Assembly: GCA_903825105.1 (NCBI GenBank)
Contig: CAIJZI010000009.1
Span: 216-64,215 of the forward strand
DNA length: 64,000 nucleotides
DNA from: an uncultured bacterium
GTDB lineage: Bacteria; Patescibacteriota; Minisyncoccia; Phycocordibacterales; Phycocordibacteraceae
Direction of reading: 5' to 3'
Shown here: one piece after another, positions 57,028 to 64,000 of the stretch
Numbering within the stretch: position 1 is the first letter of the stretch
Layout: every line of letters starts with the position of its first letter
Made by a program: the position numbers and the translations under genes
Notes under the pieces: model-generated
Told to the model about the DNA's origin: nothing
The model's input: the letters and a program-made list of their open reading frames with translations, nothing else
Database searches by the model: none

Positions 57028-58184
57028 TTCGCGACAGGATAAAAGGGGAAGAAATTTTACAAAAAGCGTCGACAATTGGACAGTATTATGGATTTACTCC
57101 ACTCTCGCTCCTTACTGCCGCGCCACGCCTAGCGGGCGCGAAGTCTAAAGCGGAGCCACCGAAACTCGATTTTAAAAATGATCCAAACGCTGAGACGATC
57201 TTCGGTTTTTTAAAACAATTTAAAAGTACTGGCTTGCCGCCCTCTTCACGACAACCTATGTTTGTCTGGCATACCAACATCGCTCCGGGTCGCCCGTTAC
57301 AAAAAAAAGTTACGGTACAATTCCACGCGCTCGGCACCGATCGCGCGATCGCGGACACAATTGTTATACGCGCGCTCGTTGCACTCGCGCGCGACCTCTT
57401 CCACGAAGAACCGACCGTTCGCATCAATTCAATGGGGGATAAAGAAACCCGCGCGCGCTACGCGCGCGAGCTCGGCGTCTTCTTTAGAAAGCGCGCCTGC
57501 GCACTCTCTGAAGAATGTCTTAATTTCGCTAAAAGTGATGTATTCCTCGCGGCAGAACACGCCATCAACAACGGCTACGCCGAAGAACTCCCTTCGCCAA
57601 CAGAACATCTCTCTGATGCGAGCCGAAAGCGTTTTGAAGACTTGCTCGAATATCTCGAAATGACCGAGACGCCCTACGAGCTCGCCCGACACCTGATGAG
57701 CCGCGGTGGCGTCTGGAGCGATATTTGTTTTGAAATAGTCGTTGGCGACAAACGCGTCGCGTGGGGCTCGCGTTATACCGATCTGGTCAAAACTTTTTTT
57801 AACAGTGGATCATTCCCTGCGACCGGCGCCGTCTTCCAGATCTCTGGATTGTCGACAGAAGAGAATAAAGAGATCGTGGTGAAGAAAGTGCCCCAATCGC
57901 GCTTACGATTTTCGTTTGTACATATCGGCGACGAAGCGAAACGCCTCTCGATACAACTCGCCGAGAACTTTAGAAAAGAGCGTGTGCCTTTAATGCAACA
58001 TATCGGCATCGAGTCTCTCACCGAGCAGCTCCATCTCGCTGAAAAACAGAATAGCCCGTACCTTCTCATAATGGGGCGCAAGGAGGCGTTAGAAAAAACG
58101 GCGATCGTGCGCAACTGCCAAACGCGCGAAGAAACCGTCATTCCGCTCGAAGGCATCATCGAGCGCCTACGCGCGTTTGTGTAG
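57024..58184 (+). CDS. HisRS-like protein with degenerate catalytic motifs
   Basis: YGF, GSRYTDL and C-terminal anticodon-binding domain; lacks FRYE and GxER motifs. Confidence 0.65.
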   Translation: MIRDRIKGEEILQKASTIGQYYGFTPLSLLTAAPRLAGAKSKAEPPKLDFKNDPNAETIFGFLKQFKSTGLPPSSRQPMFVWHTNIAPGRPLQKKVTVQFHALGTDRAIADTIVIRALVALARDLFHEEPTVRINSMGDKETRARYARELGVFFRKRACALSEECLNFAKSDVFLAAEHAINNGYAEELPSPTEHLSDASRKRFEDLLEYLEMTETPYELARHLMSRGGVWSDICFEIVVGDKRVAWGSRYTDLVKTFFNSGSFPATGAVFQISGLSTEENKEIVVKKVPQSRLRFSFVHIGDEAKRLSIQLAENFRKERVPLMQHIGIESLTEQLHLAEKQNSPYLLIMGRKEALEKTAIVRNCQTREETVIPLEGIIERLRAFV

Positions 58185-58220
58185 ACAACTAATGCCTCGG
58201 TGTGCTAGAGTGCTTTCATT

Positions 58221-58484
58221 ATGACAGCAGGAACAAGAATAGAAGTCGCGCGCGGAAAGAACGAGAGTTCGACTGCGCTTATTCGCCGATTTACCCGCCG
58301 TGCGCAGGGTCTCGGCCTCGTGCGCGAGATTCGTAACAATCGCTACTGGCAGCGCACCGTATCGAAGAATGTTGAGCACAAGCGCGCCCTTATCACCAAG
58401 TCCCGCCGCGAGAATTACAACGAGCTCGTCAAACTCGGTAAGATAGACCCCGCAGCCAAGAAGAATGCCCGCGGCAAAAAATAA
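58221..58484 (+). CDS. rpsU: Ribosomal protein bS21
   Basis: IEV..KNES..LIRRF.R..Q..G..RE. Confidence 0.7.
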   Translation: MTAGTRIEVARGKNESSTALIRRFTRRAQGLGLVREIRNNRYWQRTVSKNVEHKRALITKSRRENYNELVKLGKIDPAAKKNARGKK

Positions 58485-58881
58485 AGAAGCGCGTCTTTCG
58501 ATTAAGAATCTCACTCGTCACGATGTGACGAGTTTGCCGTTTAAAAAAATCGCTCGCGATATCGCTCTGGGATGGGAAATTTCTCTTGTTTTTGTGGGGC
58601 CAAAAAAAGCGCGAGAATTAAATAAAAAGTTGCGCAATAAAGAGTACATTCCAAATGTGCTTTCTTATACTGTTGGTAAAAAGTCAGGCGAGATTTTCAT
58701 CTGCCCAAGTGAGGCAAAAAAGCAGGCTGCCAACTTTAACCTTACACCTTCCACCTTTACCCTTCTGCTATTTATTCACGGTGTATTACACATACAAGGA
58801 TGGGATCATGGTGTTAAAATGGAACAATGCGAGAAAAAAATTCTAAAACGCTATGTCGCGAAGGATAGCGACCGGCATTGA
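58465..58881 (+). CDS. ybeY: rRNA maturation endoribonuclease YbeY
   Basis: PNVLSY, HGVLHIQGWDH. Confidence 0.9.
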   Translation: MPAAKNKEARLSIKNLTRHDVTSLPFKKIARDIALGWEISLVFVGPKKARELNKKLRNKEYIPNVLSYTVGKKSGEIFICPSEAKKQAANFNLTPSTFTLLLFIHGVLHIQGWDHGVKMEQCEKKILKRYVAKDSDRH

Positions 58882-60013
58882 TATCGGCACCTACCAGATA
58901 AAGGTAGTCGTCGTCGAAGAAATTATAGATAAACCGAGTGGCGCTCGGCGGTTGCGTATTATTGGTACGGGCCTCGCCGAGTCAAAAGGCTTGCGCCACG
59001 GCTACATTGTTAATAAAGAAGAGGTCACTTCATGTATTCTTAAAGCGAAGCAGCAGGCAGAAACATCTGCACATATCCAGATCCGCACAGGATTCCTCGC
59101 TGTGGGAGGCATCTCTCTCGACGAGTCACGCGCGACCGGCTTCGCGATTATCTCTCGCGCTGATCAAGAAATAACCGCCATCGATCTAGAAAAAGCCGGT
59201 AAAACAGCGCGAGAAGCCGCAGCCCCTGGATTTATAAATCGCCATGTTCTGCACAGCATTCCGCTCGAATACCGCATCGACGGCACCAAGGTCTTGGGGT
59301 ATCCACTCGGTATGAAAGGTATTCGTCTTGAAGCTGATTACCTTTTTGTCACCTGTCTATCACAACACGAGGAGACGCTTCTTAAAGCAGTCGAGGACGC
59401 CGATATCGAGATTGTCGACCAGATGGCTTCCCCACTCGCCGGCTCCTATGTCCTCCTCGATGGCGACCAGAAGATGAAAGGCTGCGTGCTCGCCAACATT
59501 GGCGCGGAGACTATTTCTATAGTTGTCTATGATGAGGGCATTCCTGTTTCGGTAAAAGTATTCCCGATGGGTTCGAGCCATGTAACAGACGACATCGCGC
59601 TCGGCCTTCGTATTTCTCTTGAAGAAGCGGAGAGGATAAAAATCGGCAGACTATCGGGGCAGATGTATCCGCGTAAAAAAATCGACGACATTATCGGCAG
59701 CCGGTTGTCTCTTATGTTCGCTCTTATTGACAAACATTTGAAATCACTCGGACGACGCGGCCCATTGCCTGCAGGCATAATTATTTCTGGAGGCGGAGCT
59801 GGTATCGGGACGATTAGTGATGTGGCGAAGGGCTCACTTAAACTCCCTGCGCGACTCGCAGAGTCTAAGATCTCTACTGATACAAAAATCCGCGACGCCA
59901 CCTGGGCAGTCGCTTACGGTCTCGCTCTTTGGGGTCTCACCGGTGATACCACTATTCAGAAAAAAAGCATCACTTCTCAAATCGGAAAGTTTTTCCACCA
60001 GTTTTTACCGTAG
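58853..60013 (+). CDS. ftsA: Cell division protein FtsA
   Basis: GIDIGT, SKGLRHG, NIGAET, AERIK. Confidence 0.9.
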   Translation: MSRRIATGIDIGTYQIKVVVVEEIIDKPSGARRLRIIGTGLAESKGLRHGYIVNKEEVTSCILKAKQQAETSAHIQIRTGFLAVGGISLDESRATGFAIISRADQEITAIDLEKAGKTAREAAAPGFINRHVLHSIPLEYRIDGTKVLGYPLGMKGIRLEADYLFVTCLSQHEETLLKAVEDADIEIVDQMASPLAGSYVLLDGDQKMKGCVLANIGAETISIVVYDEGIPVSVKVFPMGSSHVTDDIALGLRISLEEAERIKIGRLSGQMYPRKKIDDIIGSRLSLMFALIDKHLKSLGRRGPLPAGIIISGGGAGIGTISDVAKGSLKLPARLAESKISTDTKIRDATWAVAYGLALWGLTGDTTIQKKSITSQIGKFFHQFLP

Positions 60014-60015
60014 GC

Positions 60016-60375
60016 ATGAGCTCAATCAAGCATATAGAATTTTGGGTTTCAAATTTAAAAATTTCTTTGGATTTTTATACAGAATTATTTTCAATAATCG
60101 GTTGGTCTCATGTGGATGAGAATGGTTTTTCTTGTGACGGTACAAAAATCTATTTTTATGAAAAACAAGAATTGGACATACATACAAAAGTTCCTGGCCC
60201 GCGACACATTTGTTTTCAAGTCGGCGGTAAAGATATTGTTGATTTAGTTTCAAATTCGCCAATTATAAAAAATGGAATTTTACACGGACCAGATGTACTT
60301 CACGAGAACGGTAGTTATATGCTTGTGTTTAAAGATCCTGATAATTATATTTTAGAGGTGGCATATAAATCTTAA
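60016..60375 (+). CDS. VOC/glyoxalase family protein
   Basis: HIEFWVS..S..FY, HICF, FKDPDNYILEV. Confidence 0.82.
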   Translation: MSSIKHIEFWVSNLKISLDFYTELFSIIGWSHVDENGFSCDGTKIYFYEKQELDIHTKVPGPRHICFQVGGKDIVDLVSNSPIIKNGILHGPDVLHENGSYMLVFKDPDNYILEVAYKS

Positions 60376-60394
60376 TTTAAGAAAGAAAATCGAG

Positions 60395-60437
60395 TAATCC
60401 ACAGCTCCATTGAAAATTAATATTGATTTGATATAGT
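60395..60437 (+). promoter_or_regulatory. DnaA-like box plus sigma70 promoter
   Basis: TAATCCACA, N6, TTGAAA, N16, TATAGT with upstream TG. Confidence 0.65.
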
Positions 60438-60442
60438 GATCT

Positions 60443-60540
60443 TGTGCCTGCGGGCGCAAGCCCCTTATCGGCTAAGGATTACCTAAGCTGAAGGCAGGCA
60501 CATCAGAGGAACCGCCTTTATTGGCGGTTTTTCTGATTTT
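60443..60540 (+). ncRNA. Putative three-way-junction sRNA convergent with the nuclease gene
   Basis: TGTGCCTGC/GCAGGCACA closing GGGC-GCAA-GCCC and a second arm; terminator abutting the ORF stop. Confidence 0.65.
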
Positions 60541-61021
60541 AATCTTCTGCCTCATTTCTATAAAGTTTCTGCTTCCCTATTTTCCCAATCGGCATAACAC
60601 TCCAAAAATGTAATTTTCCATCCCCGATTTTTCTTACAATTACTCGTACCAAAATCATTGACTCTTCACCGACAATGTCGTGGAAGCCCCAATACTCAAC
60701 TTGTTTGGTTTTACTAAATCCATCTTTCCCAGGCTCTCCCCATTTTTCGAGAGTATTTCTATATTCCTGAACCGTCCCAGCATTACGGAGAATATGCAGT
60801 GCTGGTTTTAACAATCTGAGTTTCAGTCGTTGTTCTTGAATATTTCTTGGTTGTCTGTTTGGTTTATTCAACAAATGATTAAAACCGTCAGAAGTAAGGG
60901 AGATATTTAATTTGAAATACGGACAGAAAATTTCTGGGGTCGATTCATACAACTCTCGCGATGTTTCTATAAGTTTATGATAGTCGCGAATAGTTCTTTC
61001 TATATCAATCTTCTGTTCCAT
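60539..61021 (-). CDS. Putative BECR/RelE-fold ribonuclease-like protein
   Basis: GFNHL helix, YWGF and VRVIVRK..G..HFWSVMP strand pattern; family assigned by eye. Confidence 0.55.
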   Translation of the reverse strand: MEQKIDIERTIRDYHKLIETSRELYESTPEIFCPYFKLNISLTSDGFNHLLNKPNRQPRNIQEQRLKLRLLKPALHILRNAGTVQEYRNTLEKWGEPGKDGFSKTKQVEYWGFHDIVGEESMILVRVIVRKIGDGKLHFWSVMPIGKIGKQKLYRNEAED

Positions 61022-61113
61022 TCGTCAATTTTAGCATCTCATATCTCTCTATTGTCAATATTTGCATTCGTCACCGTTCTGCTATCATAACGGGAGCCAT
61101 TATTTATACATAT

Positions 61114-62370
61114 ATGTCAAAAAGAATTGAACCTGAAATTGAGACATTCGCGCGGATTCGTGTCGTCGGTGTTGGTGGTTCTGGGAAAAATGCGATTAAT
61201 CACATGATTAATTCGAAGGTGCGCGGTGTTGAATTCGTGGCAGTTAATTCTGACGCCCAAGATCTCCACCGTTCTCTCGCGAAGCGTAAGATTCATATTG
61301 GAAAAAATTTGACGCGCGGTCTCGGCACTGGGATGAACCCAGAGCTCGGTCGCAGAGCGGCTGAAGAGACGCGTCAAGAAATCCAAGAGGCTCTTTCAGG
61401 GAGCGATATGGTCTTTATCACCTGCGGACTTGGCGGAGGTACCGGTACAGGAGCGTCATCCGTTGTCGCTAAGATAGCCAAAGAAGTTGGGGCGCTCGTG
61501 ATCGCTGTCGTGACCAAGCCATTTTCATTTGAGGGAGCACAGCGACGCGATATTGCTGAACAAGGACTCGTCGAACTTAAAAAAGAAGTCGACGCTTTTA
61601 TTATCATTCCAAATGATAAACTGCTCGCGATAGTCGATACAAAGACTTCTGCGAAGAACGCATTCGCGATGTGCGACGAGATCCTGCGACAAGCGGTTGA
61701 GGGCGTCTCTGACATCATCACCACTCCGGGAGAAATCAACACCGACTTCAACGATATTAAAGCGATTATGGAAGGCGCGGGCCCTGCTCTTATGGGCATT
61801 GGTATCGCCGAGGGCGACGAGCGCGCGAAAGAGGCTGCACATCAGGCAGTCAATTCCCCTCTCCTCGATGTCTCGATTAGTGGTGCGAGAGGCATTCTCT
61901 TCGTTGTTGCTGGTAGCGAAGATTTGAGTCTTATCGAAGTTCAGGAAGCCGCGAAGGTTATCAACGAATCGGTTGATAAGAACGCGAAGGTTATCTTCGG
62001 TATTATGCGCGATGAGAAATTGAAGAAGGGTCAGGTACGCATTATCGTTATCGCGACCGGGTTCCCTGACGCATTAAATTCTGGACACTCTGGCTCGATA
62101 CTCGAGCGATCACTCTTCTCTATGCCAGCAGAAAAGCGTGTTGAAGAGCGTGGGCATATCTATCATGAAGTTTTAAAACGCGATGATAAAGTTGAAGAAA
62201 AAGTGAAAGCTACAGAGATAAAAGATGAGCCGATTATTACTCCAGTTGAGAAGGATGAACCAATCGTGACGGCGAAGCCGCACAAGCGCGAAGAGGCTCC
62301 AGCAGTCGTCCCAGAAGATGATGAATCGTGGGGCGCGATCCCGGCGTTTTTGCGTCGCCATAAGAAATGA
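61114..62370 (+). CDS. ftsZ: Cell division protein FtsZ
   Basis: GGGTGTG, NTDFND, C-terminal IPAFLR. Confidence 0.97.
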   Translation: MSKRIEPEIETFARIRVVGVGGSGKNAINHMINSKVRGVEFVAVNSDAQDLHRSLAKRKIHIGKNLTRGLGTGMNPELGRRAAEETRQEIQEALSGSDMVFITCGLGGGTGTGASSVVAKIAKEVGALVIAVVTKPFSFEGAQRRDIAEQGLVELKKEVDAFIIIPNDKLLAIVDTKTSAKNAFAMCDEILRQAVEGVSDIITTPGEINTDFNDIKAIMEGAGPALMGIGIAEGDERAKEAAHQAVNSPLLDVSISGARGILFVVAGSEDLSLIEVQEAAKVINESVDKNAKVIFGIMRDEKLKKGQVRIIVIATGFPDALNSGHSGSILERSLFSMPAEKRVEERGHIYHEVLKRDDKVEEKVKATEIKDEPIITPVEKDEPIVTAKPHKREEAPAVVPEDDESWGAIPAFLRRHKK

Positions 62371-62397
62371 TTCTTCGAATCATTTCTTTCTCCCTGC

Positions 62398-62443
62398 ACT
62401 CGTTCGAAAGAATAAAATAAGAATTTCATTCTTTACTCACTCG
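62398..62443 (+). repeat. TCGTTCG..CTCACTC hairpin element not associated with a tRNA
   Basis: actcgttcgaaagaat...attctttactcactcg. Confidence 0.55.
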
Positions 62444-62529
62444 TTTGGTAGTAAGAAGTAGGTTGTAGAAAAACAGAAAAACGCGGCGACCTTCGGTCAC
62501 CGCGTTTTGATTGATGAAGTAATGAACAA

Positions 62530-62763
62530 TTATTGCACAAGGGTTCTGATTTCTGATTTTTCTAACAATTTCGATGGACACATCGTGTATGCCAAATACT
62601 GGCGAGCTCCCGTGTACAAGCCTTTACAACTCGGGCATTTCGCAGGGCTGTATTTAATGGGAAATGAAACATTTGTGATGAACCTAATGAGTAGGACACC
62701 GCAATAAATACATTTACCATTTGGAGGAACGGCATTACCGTCGGTCTGGCTGAACACTGGCAT
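62530..62763 (-). CDS. Small Zn-ribbon-like protein
   Basis: CIYC and CPSC; SD GGGGAGGT; terminator 62477-62508. Confidence 0.5.
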   Translation of the reverse strand: MPVFSQTDGNAVPPNGKCIYCGVLLIRFITNVSFPIKYSPAKCPSCKGLYTGARQYLAYTMCPSKLLEKSEIRTLVQ

Positions 62764-62856
62764 GAAGACCTCCCCGCATCCTTCTTAAGCATAATCTTAT
62801 CTGCACAATGGTCAACTGCAGATTTTACTGAAGTATTTTGTTATACTATTCGCACT

Positions 62857-63801
62857 ATGCACGACCTTATAATCATCGGTGGAGGGCCAGCGGGAGTGGC
62901 AGCAGGTATTTATGCCGCACGAAAGAAATTAAAAACGGTTTTAATCGCTGAAGAGATCGGTGGGCAATCTGTTGTTTCTGATGGTATTGAAAATTGGATC
63001 GGCACGCCCAAAATTAGTGGAGCCGACCTCGCGAAGTCGCTTCGCGCGCATCTTGATGCGGTCAAAAATGACATGGTCGAACTCGCCCTCGGCGAACGCG
63101 TCGTCTCGCTCGAAACCGCTAGCGGCGAAACACCTAAGCTGCTTAGGTATTTCGCCGCTAAGTTAGCATCAGGGAAGCTTTTTGAAGCGAAGGCGGTGCT
63201 TGTCGCCTCGGGCGCCGGCCGTAGAAAGCTCGCGATCCTTGGCGCAGAAAAATTCGAGAACAAAGGCATCAGCTACTGTGCTTCCTGCGACGGACTCCTC
63301 TTCGCGGGTCAAGATGTCGCTGTTATCGGCGGAGGAAATGCCGGTTTCGAGACAGCGCTCCAGCTCCTCGCCTACGCGAAGTCAGTCACGCTCATTCATC
63401 GTCACGCCGAATTTAAGGCTGACGCAACGACCGTAGAAAAGGCGCTCGCGCACCCAAATATGCGCGTGATAAAAAACGCCGAGCCAATTGAAATTGTTGG
63501 CGATAAGTTTGTGAGTGGATTGAAATATAAAGATAAAGATTCTGGCGAAGTAGCGGAAATCGCTGTAACGGGCATATTCGTCGAGGCAGGCGTTTTGCCG
63601 AACACTGATTTTATAGAAAAAATTGTCGCCTGCGACGAGACAAAGAGAGTTAAAATTAATCCTCACAATCAGCGCACGAGTGTTGACGGGATCTGGGCTG
63701 CAGGCGACTGTACCGACGAGCTCTACCACCAGAACAATATCGCCGCCGGCGACGCTGTCAAAGCGCTTGAGGATATTTATTTTTGGATTAAGAAACAGTA
63801 A
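62857..63801 (+). CDS. trxB: Thioredoxin reductase / AhpF-like disulfide oxidoreductase
   Basis: GGGPAG, CASCDG, GGGNAG, AAGD. Confidence 0.88.
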   Translation: MHDLIIIGGGPAGVAAGIYAARKKLKTVLIAEEIGGQSVVSDGIENWIGTPKISGADLAKSLRAHLDAVKNDMVELALGERVVSLETASGETPKLLRYFAAKLASGKLFEAKAVLVASGAGRRKLAILGAEKFENKGISYCASCDGLLFAGQDVAVIGGGNAGFETALQLLAYAKSVTLIHRHAEFKADATTVEKALAHPNMRVIKNAEPIEIVGDKFVSGLKYKDKDSGEVAEIAVTGIFVEAGVLPNTDFIEKIVACDETKRVKINPHNQRTSVDGIWAAGDCTDELYHQNNIAAGDAVKALEDIYFWIKKQ

Positions 63802-63999
63802 TTAACTGTCGCGAACATCGGTATATTCTTTGGTAAATGGCTTACCGCGCAGAAGCGTGTGGAAATGATTTATCATATAGCGCCAGCCTGTTTTTATCAC
63901 ACCTTCTTTTTTTAATCGTCTGCCCGAGGTGTACATCGGCAATTTAAAAGTCCACTTCACCCTCCCCACCTTACTAATCCGCTTCGCGATGTCGGTGTC
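63802..63999 (-). CDS. GT2 glycosyltransferase, C-terminal part (5' truncated)
   Basis: Translated by hand: DTDIAKRISKVG..TSGRRLKKEG. Confidence 0.65.
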   Translation of the reverse strand, partial: DTDIAKRISKVGRVKWTFKLPMYTSGRRLKKEGVIKTGWRYMINHFHTLLRGKPFTKEYTDVRDS

Positions 64000-64000
64000 T

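Overview
Chromosomal window from a small-genome Patescibacteria (CPR) cell, probably Parcubacteria. This is inferred from the short IF-2, RF2 and S1, the tandem VirB2/TrbC-like pilins, tRNAs mostly without encoded CCA, and mostly leaderless genes. The genetic code is standard, with TGA used as a stop. The backbone is housekeeping: topA, relA/spoT, parB, miaA, pyrG, ftsEX, prfB, ppsA, eno, infB, rbfA, ilvE, gyrA, rpsA, pth, lepB, rpsU, ybeY, ftsA, ftsZ, trxB, transporters and 11 tRNA genes. The most unusual signals are non-coding. (1) Three unrelated orphan RNase-type genes (PemK/MazF, NYN, BECR-like) each sit tail-to-tail with a small RNA unit built as DnaA-like box, sigma70 promoter, structured RNA, then a terminator at the nuclease stop codon; a fourth such unit has no nuclease. 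This is a candidate RNA-antitoxin system. (2) Four tRNA genes carry upstream copies of their own first 9 nt in a direct-inverted-direct layout filled with a conserved hairpin element. (3) tRNA-Thr(GGU) is split by a compact 180-nt group I intron. (4) A ~430-nt GC-rich structured RNA with a shorter paralog, plus three more promoter-RNA-terminator units. (5) Palindromic elements inserted in frame in six conserved enzymes. (6) A radical SAM gene behind two NrdR-like boxes. All calls were made by eye; no database searches or folding programs were run.
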